Assembly (NCBI GenBank): GCA_027923505.1
Contig: BROI01000007.1
Location: forward strand, 1,054,001-1,118,000
Length of the DNA: 64,000 nt
From: Mayamaea pseudoterrestris
Taxonomy: Eukaryota
Direction of reading: 5' to 3'
Position numbers and translations under genes: made by a program. Below are positions 35,032 to 47,114 of this stretch, piece after piece. Under the pieces are notes generated by a model that was not told where the DNA came from, searched no databases, and saw only the letters and a program-made list of their open reading frames with translations. The stretch's first letter is position 1; each line of letters starts with the position of its first letter.

Positions 35032-36680
35032 ATGGACTATCCAACGACGGCAGTGCTCGTGGCGTCTGTTCAAAGTGTTGCGAAAGTCTATGTTATTGGT
35101 GCCATTGGTTTTCTCGCAGTCAAATGTTAGAAATCGTTGCAGAGCGCGCCGCGCGTGAATTCCACTGCTTCTGACTCATCAGAATTTCTTTTTCTTTAAC
35201 AGTCCCTAGAAAGTCGCCAATGCTACCATACAAGGCGATCACAGTTGTCGCTCGCTTTTCCTTTCATGCGCTTTTGATACCACTCATCTATTCGACAACA
35301 GCCAGCAGCGTCACTCCATCATCGCTGCAGGACTATTGGTTTGTGATTGTTGCAGCCTTTGTCGTGCTGCTGCTCAGTTACTTGGCTGCTACGCTTTTAC
35401 AAGTATGTTTTCGAGTTCAATCTCGAGACTTTCAGGCCCTTCGCATTAGCTCCACCTTTCCAAACGTTGTGGCCATTCCAATTCTCATCTTTCCGTCGCT
35501 CTGCGAGTATGATGTCATTCAGCAAGGCTACTTTGGCGACTCGCCAGATGATAATCTTGCCTTGAAGTGTGTCAGTGTCAGCAACGCCATGATATTTTGC
35601 TACTTTTTCTCGTGGTCGCTTGCGTTTTGGTCCTTTGGCTATCCGCAGTTGCTGGCGACAGCGAAACGGACGGACGGAACAAACATGACTGATGATACAA
35701 ATCGGCGGCTCGGCAGTCACGTGGAGCAGCAATCACTGCGAACAAATGACACCAGTGCCGATAGCAATGACTCAAAATGCCGAAACTCGAACCATGGTCG
35801 ATTAGAAGCGATCGAAGAACTCTCCGAGGTCGGCGTGCCGCTGTCACCTGAGTTGGAAGGTACGCAAGTCAAAGCAGCTTCAGAAGCACAACCGCAATTT
35901 CCGTGGCTGTCCTCCGCCTACAAGCACTTTTGTCAGACTTGCAAGCAAATACTCCGCACTGCTCCATTTTGGGCATTGGCGCTTGGCATTGTAACTGGTT
36001 GTATTGGTCCGCTACGGAACGCACTCTTTACGCAAGGCGGAGCGCTGCGATTCATCGGAAGCGCCTTGGAGTCGCTCGGACAAGCGTCATCACCAATAAC
36101 AACCATTGTTGTGGCCGCAAGCTTGGTGCCTGAACCAGTATCGCCCGCGTCTACAAGCACTAGTGACGACAATGGCGTGAATGCCGACGACGATTCGCAA
36201 TCGATGGAGGAGAGTCCCATTATGAGTGATCCGACCGTTGGACCGCAACACTTGCGACGTCGATCATCGATTATACGATTCAAGCAATCCATCCGCAATT
36301 CATCCACGTTGTTACTGGGCGGTCGGTCCAACCCGGAGCTTCGCAAGCAGCTCATTTGGTTCACGCTCAATCGCTTGCTGCTTGCGCCAGCACTCGTCAC
36401 GGGGGTGCTCATGGGGTTTGACTGCGGCGGCCTTTTAGGAGGCATTCCCGACTTGGCCAAGTTGGTGATTATAGTGAATGCATGCGTGCCGGGAGCGTTC
36501 ATTGTGGTGGTCGTCCTCAAGCAAAAGGAGGAAATGGCCGAGCTAGCGGAAGTTGTTGCTCGAGTCTATCTACCCACTTATCTTCTAAGCATTGTCACAG
36601 TTGCTGGGTGGACCGCATTGGGACTATGGTTGACGCTTCCTGATGCAAACGGTGAGACTTTTTGTGACAGGCGAGGGTAA
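35032..36680 (+). CDS. PIN-like (PILS/AEC family) membrane transporter
   Basis: Two hydrophobic halves around a hydrophilic loop. Motifs FPNVVAIP, LGQASSP and RLLLAP. Intron ~35126-35201. Confidence 0.8.
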
Positions 36681-36956
36681 GGAGTGCAATAAGTATTTCT
36701 GGAGGACAGTTGGACGAACAACGAGGGGATCCGCGCAAAGTAGCGAAACGGGTATAGACGATAGAATACATAGAGTTATAATTGCATAACATGCTTATCT
36801 AGAATTTGATCATAATAGGTTGATGGGTTGGAAAAGTGTCTAACTGTAATGCAGGCCGCCATTCTGACTGTCCGTGCGCAATTGAAGTCTTTCCTTTCAC
36901 GTCACTGATGGCCGATGTTGTTGTACACGTAAATAATTCTTTTGCGAAAACCCCTT

Positions 36957-37659
36957 CTAGCTGCTCAACATGGTACTTGCTCCTGCAATACCTCCAAGCT
37001 CACAAAAATTGCTGACATGAATGCTCTTGACGCCCTTGAGAAACTCGTGATGCTTTTGCATGACCGCGATGGCATCATACTTGGCCAGATCCGTCATGCC
37101 TTCCTCCATTCGAATGTATTCGGGAGCATTCTGACTAACCGTGTAGCCGTAAATGTCAACCGGTACGCCTTGGCCGCGTACTTGAAAGGCAATCACTTTG
37201 GCTCCATTTTGCTTGGCAAGCTTGATGAATTGGCACCATCCAATGAAATACTTTCTGCGATTCGAATCTCCTCCAGCAATTCCCTATAAACAAAATGAGC
37301 GGTTTAGTATCACGATATATTTGTTGTCGTCGTGTGCATGTACGCTCTCCACTCTTTTTACCGTATCTCACCTTGATCAAGTCGGCCCTTCCGCAATTGG
37401 CTTCAAACTTCCAACGCGGAATTGGCTTGCCTCCTCCAAAGAATCCAACGGCATTATCGGGAACATGGCCCTGGCTATAATGCAAAACTAAGCGACCGCC
37501 GGAGCTATTTTCAAAGACCAAGTAGCAGCCAATTGGTCCAGGCTCGTCAATGTTCACATCTTTGGCGAAATCGTCGGTGGATGCAGCAATCGCTTTCATG
37601 CGATTGTCCTGCGACGGCTGATTCTCCTTGCTTGTATAAATCATTGTTGCGGCGCTCAT
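36957..37659 (-). CDS. Small protein resembling the immune-mapped protein (IMP1/IMP2-like) domain
   Basis: Spliced product (intron 37284-37371): GCYLVFENSSGGRLVLHYS...PRWKFEANCGRADLIK|GIAGGDSNRRKYFIGWCQFIKLAK. The family call is from remembered motifs only. Confidence 0.65.
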
Positions 37660-38194
37660 GGTAGAAATAGAATACTTGTGTCAAAAGTGTGAGTTGCTGC
37701 GTAAAGGAGTCGTTTGGAACGAGTCAAATAAATTGCGGCTCGTGTTTCGTCGACCCCGCATCCCATGGTGTCGTCGTTATCACGCTTGGTTCACGCGCGT
37801 TGGGCTGGACGCGCGCGCAACTTGGCGTCTGCCTTGCCACGAAATAGTCTATGCGGTCCCTGCCAAGCTTCGCTCTGCAGGACAAGTCTATCGTTGGTGA
37901 TGTCCCTCAATTCGCCAAATTTAAAGCATAGGTAAGCAAATGTTGTTCGGGAGACACAAATAGGTTTTATCACACGTCGCCCAATGTCTTGAAGTCAGAA
38001 GAACTTTGACTACTGATGCACTTTCGTCTCATGTTGTAGTGGCAACATTAGGATGCGAAAGAACATAAGTGAAAGGGGGAGGCACGTATCACGTTTTGCG
38101 CAGTTGAGGGAGAACGATAATAGTTAAATAGCAGTCTACTGAGCTTATGCTAGCTTTAAGCCAAACCACATACTTCCACAGTAATGTCATGATG

Positions 38195-38578
38195 TTAATA
38201 ACTTTGCTGTCCCGACGCCTGCTGCTGTTTTCTCGCCAGTCGTCCAACCATGTATTCGTTGGCATCCAACCACTTGTTTGTCACGGCATGAATGCAGGCC
38301 GCCTCCTTTCCACTCAAGTGACTATCCTTGCACTGCGTAATACATTTCGCAAAGGCCTTTTCTGTAAGCTCGGTAATGGCTTGCTGAACAACCATTTGCT
38401 GCTGAATGGCCATGCTGAACTGCTCAAAGTCGCTCGTTGATGCGCCGCCGCCCATGTTGTCCATGCCGGATGAATGGTGATCCATGTTGTGAAGACTCGA
38501 TGATGAATCCATGAATCCCTTTTCGGCGCCTGATGATGAGGAAGACGTATCGTCCGAGCCGCCACCAAACCAGCCCAT
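38195..38578 (-). CDS. Small Tim (Tim10/DDP family) intermembrane-space chaperone-like
   Basis: QQAITELTEKAFAKCI...LSGKEAACIHAVTNKWLD matches the Tim8/9/10/13 helix-loop-helix pattern. Confidence 0.8.
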   Translation of the reverse strand: MGWFGGGSDDTSSSSSGAEKGFMDSSSSLHNMDHHSSGMDNMGGGASTSDFEQFSMAIQQQMVVQQAITELTEKAFAKCITQCKDSHLSGKEAACIHAVTNKWLDANEYMVGRLARKQQQASGQQSY

Positions 38579-38917
38579 GATTCGAAACTGATAGTCAAAG
38601 TTACAGTAGATTAGTAGTAGCGATTACAATAGCGTGCAGAGGTCGAAACGACGAAAGCAAGCTGCTAAACGATGATGTGATAAGGATTGGAACGTGCGGT
38701 GCTCCATGGCGGCGCGTCGCAACGAACACGTGACAGCTTTGAGTCGCGCGTGACGTTGATCGTGACTCATGACCTCCCTCCGGCACGAGGAAGGATCTCG
38801 AAGTTGGACCGGCAGAAGGGCAGCGACGACGGCGAATCCTTTTTTATATATCTACAATACACATCAAGCGTTGCATCCATTCAAGCAATTTGATTTTTGT
38901 GGATTACATAATCTGAA

Positions 38918-40726
38918 ATGGCATCCAGTGTTATTGCTCGCTCCTCGGCCAGGCTCGCGATCCAAAAGGTGCGTGCTTTCGTGAGGGGTAGATTCTTCGA
39001 GAATTGAGGCGAACAACTGCGTTTGACGGCGACTCAATCAAAATTTGGAAGAAGATGATGCTTCAAGAGGCGGAAGATGTGTATAGTATGATATGTGGAG
39101 GATTATGCTTGCTACGATGGCTGAGGATACAAAAACCTTTCTATGAAAATTTTATGCAGACTTTATTTCTGCCGCCGACCCATCCATCACCTTGCATCGA
39201 ATTTGGAATGTTTGAAGTTATTTGTTGGCTTTTCTGTCGATACCATAATTACAGACGCTCACGATCCTCATGTATTTCTGTTCTTATTTGTAGTCAACCT
39301 TTGCGGCAGCCAGTCGAAGCGTGACCACCTTGACCGAAACGCTTCTGGCGCAAGTTCCCGACAAGCAAAAGAAATTGGCCGAGCTCAAGAAGAATCATGG
39401 GGATCATGTGTAAGTAAAGCATATAGCATTATGTGAATGTGCATTTGTGTCTTCTTGCTGATTCATGGCTTCGTTTAAACCATTTTCACGTGACTCAGAA
39501 TTGGCCAAGTAACGATTGACCAGTGCATTGGCGGCGCTCGTGGCGTCAAGTGCATGTTATGGGAAACCTCGAACCTTGATCCAGAGGAAGGTATCCGATT
39601 CCGCGGATTGACCATTCCAGAATGTCAAGCCGTCTTGCCAACCTACTCTGGCAATGTTGGCGACGGCGAACCACTCTTGGAGAGTCTCATGTGGTTGCTG
39701 TTGACGAGCGAGGTGCCAACCAAGGAGCAGGTTGATACACTGACGGCCGACTTGCACCAGCGCTCTCAACTGCCGGCGCATGTTGTTCCGCTGCTAAAAT
39801 CCTTGCCCAAGGATATGCACCCCATGACGCAATTTACCATTGGCCTTGCTGCCTGTCAAACGGAATCAGAGTTTGCCAAGGCATATGCCAAGGGCGCCAA
39901 CAAGGCTGACTACCACAAGTATGTGTTGGAGGACATTCTTTCCGTTGTTGCCAAGTTGCCCGAGATTGCGGCAACCATTTACAGGAACGTGTATTTCGAT
40001 GGCGTCGTCAACAAGGACACTTCGTTGGACTATTCCGGAAACTTTTGTCGCATGCTTGGCTACAATGATCCATCCTTTGACGAGCTCATGCGCCTCTACC
40101 TTTGCATTCACACGGACCACGAGGGAGGCAATGCGTCGGCGCACGCGACCCACTTGGTGGGCAGCACCTTGTCGGATCCGTACCTTTCCTACGCCGGTGG
40201 CTTGAACGCGCTGGCTGGTCCCTTGCACGGACTCGCCAATCAGGAAGTGTTAAAGTGGATTCAGGAACTCAAGGATCACTTTGACGCCGCCGGCAAGGAG
40301 GTGAACGAAGCAACCATTACCGAGTTTGCCTGGGAAACGCTCAACGCGAAAAAGGTGATTCCCGGCTACGGACACGCGGTACTGCGCAAGACTGATCCGC
40401 GCTACACGTGCCAGCGTGAGTTTGCGCTCAAGCACTTGCCGGACGATCCCTTGTTCAAGCTTGTCGAAACAATCTACCAAGTCATGCCTGGTATTTTGAA
40501 GGAGCATGGCAAGGTTGCCAATCCATACCCCAATGTCGACAGTCATTCTGGTGTCTTGCTGTGGCACTATGGCTTTACCCAATTCTCCTACTATACGGTA
40601 TTGTTTGGAGTGAGCCGCTCGGTGGGTGCCTTGAGCCAGCTTTACTGGGATCGAGCCCTTGGGTTGCCGCTGGAGCGTCCCAAGAGTGTCACGCCGGAGT
40701 GGCTGTGGAGTCAAGTTTCAAAGTAG
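38918..40726 (+). CDS. CS: Mitochondrial citrate synthase
   Basis: Motifs [47 protein letters not shown] and PNVDSHSG. Two 5' introns. Confidence 0.97.
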
Positions 40727-41038
40727 TGTGAAATAAGTTAAAATGAATCATTTTGTTACAAGAGATTTGTTGGATTGGAATAACTGAATGAAGGTAGCTG
40801 AAAGGTGCCTCGACAAAGTGCTTGATCGTTGGAGGCAATTTGGCCTAACTTTGCTAACGTAGGTGACTCGCCTGATCCTTTAACCCTCATCGGTCACGCA
40901 CAATGTCTTTCGCGACGCGCGCACCTCATTCCATTGATGGGCAAGCAAAAAAGTGAAAGCCGGACTGCTGCCATCATCTTGCCTTGGCCCCGGCATGACC
41001 AATAGCATGACGAAGTGGTTAGAATCGTAGTGAGCTTC

Positions 41039-43726
41039 ATGAAGGCGAGACAAAGGTTAAAGCGTTGCAGCAGCAGCATCTTGTTGCTGTTACTCGTCGC
41101 GCAAGCTGCATGCGGACTGTTCGTCGAGGACGAATTTCAACGTCACCATGACAGCAACGACAATGATGCTCGTCAGAAAGGCATGAAGCTACGGGGACAT
41201 GTGAAGAAAGGAAAGGATCAGTACGAATCATTGACTCGCGTCCCAACTGGTCGACGTATTCCTCGCGTCGATGACAATAGCAGCCGACATCTTTCTCTCT
41301 TCTTCGGCGGCAAGTTTCAACATTTGATCGACTCGCGAGATGCATCACGAAACTCACAAAAGTCATTGAGACTGGATCGATACAGCAAGAGGAGTCGCTA
41401 TACAAACTACTGGATCGATTACTACGTTAGGCGTGCCGCGCCAATGACGGCGGCAATGACAGTCACACGAGCGATGAACCAGCAGGAAGTGACACTGCGA
41501 AGCGGCTTTGGATCATCAAGGCAATACATTTACAATCAGCGATCACGTCGAAAGCAAAAATATTGGAGACGGAGACGGATTTGGCGTCGCAGACAATGGA
41601 GATTGCGAGCGTACAGATCGCAGCCACTGCGGCAACAGAAAAACATGAGGGCCAGACCACGGCCGGCCGCACCGATGAGATTTCCCTCGTCAATGAGGAC
41701 CAATCTCTCGCTGTCGTCAAGCAATATATTTGTCATGGCCAGATTTCGCCCCATTAAGCAAACGCACGCATCCGTCTTTTTCCGTTGGTATGTCAGCGCC
41801 TCGGCAGTAAACAGACCAGCACCAAATGTTATGCGACCAACTAACATGGCGCGACCAACAACCATGGCGCGACCTACAACCATGGCGCGACCAAGACCAA
41901 CACCAGCAAACATGCGTCCAGTCACTAGACCGACAAACGTCATGCAACCGTCGCTGCCAATGCGGCAAATGATCATGCAGTCGCCACGACCAACCATGCC
42001 TCCGTTTGCTGGAACTTTGGCGCCGACGTCGACGGCTACTTTTGCACCTACTGCGTCACTGTCAACGCCAACCGTTCAGCCATCTCCCAGCGCTCCAAGC
42101 GTCAGGCCGCCAACTACCAAAGCTCCGACAATGGCGCCGACAAGCACTACCGTTGCACCTTCCGTCGACAAGTCATCGAGTAGCGGGCCATCCGCTAATA
42201 GCAATGCACCGTCCAATAGCAATGCGCCATCCATCATCAGCAATGCTCCGAGTTTTAACAATTCAACTTTGATTCCGTCCATGAGCAATGTACCAAGCGT
42301 TAGCAATACTTCGGAATTTCCAAGCGTTGCCCCGTCATTGATAAATGCATCGGCTTTTCCGTCCAGCAGTCTATCTCCAACAATAATCAATGCATCAAGT
42401 GTACCAACCATCATTAGCCTGAATCCAACATCTTCGTCTTTTCCAAGCGCAAGCGCTGCTCCTTCGGTCAACAATGTTTCAGCCATTCAAAGTTCTGCGC
42501 CGTCCATCATGCCGACGCAGCTGCCGTCGAGGTTAGCCACATCTACAATACCGAGCATAATACCAAGTAGTTTCCCATCGTCCGAGCATCCGTCAAGCCA
42601 AGCCACTTTGCCAAGCTTGTTGCCGTCGGAGCAGCCGTCACTCACTGCAAGCCCATCATTGTCTACAGTTCCCAGCGTCGTGCCAACAACTACTACCTCA
42701 TCATCCCAGCTACCTAGTATAGTACCGTCACTCGCTGCTACAGTCTTTCCTTCATTGATACCCACACGCATATCCTCGCAAGTGACGCCGTCGACTGCTC
42801 CGTCAGTGATATCAAGCAATGTTCCAACTGGGCAGCCGTCGTTGAATGATAGCTTGATGCCGTCGATAATCCCGACGGTAGTGCCGTTCACTCAGCCGTC
42901 AGCGATGCCGTCGCAATTAACAAGCAAATTGCCTTCAAAAGGACCATCGGCTGTCTCATCGGCAGGCCCAAGTCAAACTCCCTCAACTTTGCCGTCGGCT
43001 ACATTTCAGACACCAAGCGCCATTCCTTCACTATTGCCATCGACCGCACCGTCAGCGGGAACCACCATGTTTCCGTCAGTATCGCCAAGCTCAGCTCCGT
43101 CGGAAACACCGTCTTTTACTGCCAGTAGCTTTCCAAGTGGATTTCCGAGCACGCAACCTTCAGACGGTCCAACAAGTCAAGCTACATCGCAATCTCCGAG
43201 TCCACTTCCAAGCATTTCGCCCTCGCAAGGACCAACAAACGCCATCACTTTATCGCCGTCTACTTTGCCAAGCGCTCTGCCGTCGCAATTACCCACAGCC
43301 CGAGCAACAACGCTGTTGCCGTCAGCCTTTCCTAGCGTCTCACCTTCACAATCGCCATCCAAAGCCATTACTCCCTTGCCGTCGGCCTTGCCAAGCGCGC
43401 TGCCGTCGCAATCACCTACGCTTCGAGCAACGACGCTAGTGCCTTCTTCCGTACCCAGCGTCTCGCCGTCGCAAGTGCCAACTGTTGCAATCACCTTGTC
43501 ACCGTCGGGATTGCCGAGCGCGGCGCCGTCGCAATCGCCTACCCTTCGAGCAACGACATTGGTGCCTTCTTCCGTACCCAGTATTCCGCCAACGACGCCA
43601 CCATCAAAGGCACCGACTGTTGCGCCATCCAACCGTCCAAGTGTTGCGCCGTCCGAGCAACCGTCCAGAGCTGCCACTGAATCACCGTCTGGCAGACCAA
43701 GCTTCTTGCCGACGGCGACGCCCTGA
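41039..43726 (+). CDS. Secreted low-complexity protein: Arg-rich basic region followed by a P/S/T mucin-like repeat tail (~895 aa)
   Basis: Signal peptide ...SILLLLLVAQAACG; KLRG and RHL motifs; RRRRIWRRRQWRLR; RPTTMA repeats; several dozen PSxxP units. Confidence 0.85.
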   Translation: MKARQRLKRCSSSILLLLLVAQAACGLFVEDEFQRHHDSNDNDARQKGMKLRGHVKKGKDQYESLTRVPTGRRIPRVDDNSSRHLSLFFGGKFQHLIDSRDASRNSQKSLRLDRYSKRSRYTNYWIDYYVRRAAPMTAAMTVTRAMNQQEVTLRSGFGSSRQYIYNQRSRRKQKYWRRRRIWRRRQWRLRAYRSQPLRQQKNMRARPRPAAPMRFPSSMRTNLSLSSSNIFVMARFRPIKQTHASVFFRWYVSASAVNRPAPNVMRPTNMARPTTMARPTTMARPRPTPANMRPVTRPTNVMQPSLPMRQMIMQSPRPTMPPFAGTLAPTSTATFAPTASLSTPTVQPSPSAPSVRPPTTKAPTMAPTSTTVAPSVDKSSSSGPSANSNAPSNSNAPSIISNAPSFNNSTLIPSMSNVPSVSNTSEFPSVAPSLINASAFPSSSLSPTIINASSVPTIISLNPTSSSFPSASAAPSVNNVSAIQSSAPSIMPTQLPSRLATSTIPSIIPSSFPSSEHPSSQATLPSLLPSEQPSLTASPSLSTVPSVVPTTTTSSSQLPSIVPSLAATVFPSLIPTRISSQVTPSTAPSVISSNVPTGQPSLNDSLMPSIIPTVVPFTQPSAMPSQLTSKLPSKGPSAVSSAGPSQTPSTLPSATFQTPSAIPSLLPSTAPSAGTTMFPSVSPSSAPSETPSFTASSFPSGFPSTQPSDGPTSQATSQSPSPLPSISPSQGPTNAITLSPSTLPSALPSQLPTARATTLLPSAFPSVSPSQSPSKAITPLPSALPSALPSQSPTLRATTLVPSSVPSVSPSQVPTVAITLSPSGLPSAAPSQSPTLRATTLVPSSVPSIPPTTPPSKAPTVAPSNRPSVAPSEQPSRAATESPSGRPSFLPTATP

Positions 43727-44169
43727 GAAACGTGACATTCGCTACTATCACCGACATGCTCAAAATATGCGACCGTCGCTATCGCCGCGGACTCTATCAT
43801 GAGCCTTACGGGCGCCGTCTTGATTGTTCGAGCACATTGCTCCTTCTTCACCTAATATGCCCTAGATGTCGGCTGTTCTTTGCTCGCTTTGCTAATGAAT
43901 TTATAATTTGTATCTATTGTGCTGTTCTGTGATAAAATACTGTAGTTGGAAGTAGCGTTGCGCCAGAATTGGGTTCATTCATTGCGAAGGGTAGCTAGTT
44001 TCAGGGGTCTTTCGAGGGTCCGCATCTTGAAAGAGTTCCGTCCGGGGGCGGCTGGCGTTTCATCACGGACCGTTTCGTTACGCGGCTGCAGCATCGACTC
44101 TTGCTTTCGCTCGTCTACCCTCTTCTTGCCGACTACAACTGTAACAATACAAGCAATACTAAACCAAGC

Positions 44170-44378
44170 ATGTCGGTTTCCGACTGGGACAATGAGTATG
44201 CTCGCTTGGCTCGGGCCGCCACGCAAATGCGAACGCCAGGCATTGAAACGCATGCTTCCGACGTTCCTTCCCTGCAGCAGGCCTTGACTCGTCTGGAGCA
44301 CGAGATAGATAATTTGGGCTTGCAGGCATCGGAAGTCATGCGTCGCAAGCGACTCGTGCAGCACTTGATGCAGTCGTC

Positions 44379-44421
<43 letters not shown>

Positions 44422-44778
44422 AGAGCAGCGCGTGGTAGCGGGTTTGGAAGTAACACTGCTGCTTCGAACGAGCAGCAGCCGCAGCAGTATTCGCAAATGA
44501 GCATGGCCATGCGTCAGCAAGACAGTTTGATTGACGAACTTGCCGTTGGAATTGGACGACTTAAGAACCAGACTGTCAGTATTGGCGAGGAAGCCTCGAT
44601 GCATGTGAACCTGCTCAATCAAATGGAGGACGGTTTGGATGCGGCGGAAGCTGGTCTGCAAGCCGAGACTCGCCGAGCTTCGCGATTGAAGGAGGATCAG
44701 AGTGTTTGGAGGCTGCAATTGATTCTTGCTGGTGAATTCATCTTGCTGATTCTCTTGATCTTTATGGGTCTGACGTAA
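44170..44778 (+). CDS. Qc-SNARE (syntaxin-6/8-like) with polyQ tract
   Basis: SNARE motif MRQQDSLIDELAVGIGRLKNQTVSIGEE...Q, C-terminal TM helix, and a (CAG)n tract at ~44380-44421. Confidence 0.88.
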
Positions 44779-45014
44779 ATGATACTTTTACGTCAGGACT
44801 GTTATTGGTGATAATATGCGGAAAGCAAGGAGACGGAAGGCTGACATGAGGACGATAATGAACTGAAAGTCCGGCTAGACAGCGGCAAGGGTGGTATGAC
44901 AAGTTAGTAACATAAAGAGTGATATAAGAAATTGAGTTAGATATTACATAGGTGTTCAAACACGTAACATGCACCTTCTCTTCGTGCCATGGGACACGTT
45001 TTAGCACACGATTC

Positions 45015-45605
45015 TCAAAATGTCGAAGGCTTGGGCATGAACGGCACGACGTTCTCCATGACTACATGCAACATTTCATTGTGTCGCATGTCCGCCTTTA
45101 TTGACTTCCAATTCTTCGCTGCCCACTGGAGAGCTGTAGAAACATCCATCAAAGGCTTAGGAGGGTTCAAGATACATGCCACCTTCCAAAGTGCAAGCTC
45201 TAGTAAAAGCATCGATGTATTCCATTCCAATATCTCAGCCATGCATTGTAACTGGGCCAAAGGCAAAAGCTCGGTACCTTCCGTCTGTTCGTCGAACAAG
45301 TACATAAGCATATTCTCACGTAGTTGGGAACCAGCAGCGTTATGACCTCGCGTCTTCACCAAAAGCCGGTGCATTTCCTTCGATCGATCCATAAAGCTAA
45401 CAAGCGCCGTTTTGCAGATTTGTACTTCTTCAAGATGGAAAGGGCATTCTAAATGCTTCTGCGAGTTATACGATTGGCAACCTCTAAGCTCTGAACAAAG
45501 CTTGCAACGGTAAATGTAGACGTTTTCATTGTTGTAGCTACGGGATACCAAATGTTTTTGGATGTCTAACACCAAGGGAAGATCCCTTAAGAAAATTGCA
45601 TCCAT
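45015..45605 (-). CDS. Hypothetical protein of the diatom LLELALWK family, copy 1
   Basis: C-terminal LLLELALWK...VVMENVVPFM; C/H motif CKLC...H...C..H. Start inferred at MDAIFL by comparison with the paralog. Confidence 0.7.
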   Translation of the reverse strand: MDAIFLRDLPLVLDIQKHLVSRSYNNENVYIYRCKLCSELRGCQSYNSQKHLECPFHLEEVQICKTALVSFMDRSKEMHRLLVKTRGHNAAGSQLRENMLMYLFDEQTEGTELLPLAQLQCMAEILEWNTSMLLLELALWKVACILNPPKPLMDVSTALQWAAKNWKSIKADMRHNEMLHVVMENVVPFMPKPSTF

Positions 45606-46034
45606 CGTTCGAGAACAAAAGTACTTTGGATGCAAATGGTTCCAAGAAGGGGTCAAGGTGTTGCTGCAGCAATCGAGCTTTTGGTTTTATCAAAAGTTGT
45701 GGATTGTGTTGCTTTTGTTGTGCCGGTTTTCCTGTAAATTTCGATTTATCAAGCTCAAGAAGCATTCTTCGCAGATCACAATTTTACATGTATCCCGTAT
45801 CGATTGCAGTGCTCTCTTCTTGGTGATCGGTTGCTACGTAACCCCACCCAGCTAACTCCATCAATTGTGTGTCGTATGCACAGGCAGTATGCACAGGCAG
45901 CTTTAGCAGATTGTTTTGCATGATACCTCTCTACCTTCTACCGGTCGGTACCATGCTGTCTACGGAGTACGTAGTAATACTGCGCATGTACAAGTAGGCA
46001 TAAAAGTGTCCCGCGCTTTGCTTTTTGTGCTATC

Positions 46035-46932
46035 AGCAAAAGGTCGTTGCGGTTTTCGGTGCGACATCTTTCCAACGATGTCATCACATCATTATCAAGC
46101 CAGCATCGCCATGGAAATCCTATCCTCATTCATGTACTTGAAACTTGCAGCACATTAGGCCTTTTTAGATGCAAGTTGAGTGTACCTTTAGGTGAATCTG
46201 AGCGAGCACACGTGGCCGCTTTCTTTGCTCCTTTGGATTGCAATCGTTTGCTCAGTCTCAGTGTCCTTGCACCGACCCACATCACATCTAATTCAAACCT
46301 ACTAGTAAAGCGACTTTCACCGGACAACAGTCTTTGCACTTTAAAGACTATTGTTCAAGCAGTAAGACGAGAGCAGCAACAAAAGAAACGTTTAACTGGC
46401 GTCTGAGCCCAACCATAAAGCCTGGCTACACTCAAGCTCCGTTGCCGTTCGTCTTTGTTTGCAAGCGACGTTTCATGGACGCCCATGACAAAGCTAGTAC
46501 CAAGCAAGCAAGGAATTGAATCCAAGAACCATTTTACTCGAGTCCTAATAGGAACGCGCACCTCTACCATCCTTCGATCCAAGTGCAACAACAAAGGAGG
46601 CTCTGTACACGTTTAGAGGCATCCTGCAAACAAGCTAGCGAGGCGCTCTTCCCTCACCTTTTGCATCTAAAGCGCTGCGGTCTCGTCCAAGGATCCTTGG
46701 AATCCACAGCTCCAAGTGCTGCCAATGACAAGACGAAGAGAAAGGCAGAAAGCCAAGGAACGTTCCCCGTCGGCAACGAGAGCCACCGTTGTCCTCCACG
46801 GTAGCGCTCCTCGAGCTCCGTCCAAGGCTCCTCGGAATCCACAGCTACAAGCGCACCTGAGGTTAAAGCAAAAGACAGTCTTAAAGGGCTCAAGTTCGAA
46901 GCAATCGCAAACGAAACCGACTCAGGTGCAAT
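46035..46932 (+). mobile_element. Truncated relic (LTR + PBS + leader + start of gag region) of the same copia family, in opposite orientation
   Basis: 46035-46460 aligns with the reverse complement of ~6390-6815. 46886-46930 (GGGCTCAAGTTCGAAGCAATCGCAAACGAAACCGACTCAG) matches the gag 5' region at ~5920-5965. Confidence 0.9.
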
Positions 46933-47114
46933 GAAGTGGAAGCCTGATTGGAGATGGAGACTGAGATTAAAAGCCGACTAGACGGCGGTAAAGCGTGTTA
47001 CAAGAAGATAAATATATATTCTTTACGTAATTGTTTAAATCAATTTTACATGCAACCTGCAACTTTCCTTCGCTGCTTTGTGACACCTACGGTATCAGCT
47101 CGCGAGTTTCTAAT

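Noticed and set aside
11438..40726. PEPCK, CAs and citrate synthase as a carbon-metabolism gene cluster
   Set aside because: They are spread over 30 kb among unrelated genes, with no evidence of co-organisation.
44133..44510. Poly-Cys ORF on the minus strand
   Set aside because: It is the antisense reading of the (CAG)n polyQ tract in the SNARE gene.
6452..46397. The two LTR copies as ends of one giant element
   Set aside because: They are inverted, clearly diverged, each has its own PBS and leader, and they enclose ordinary housekeeping genes.
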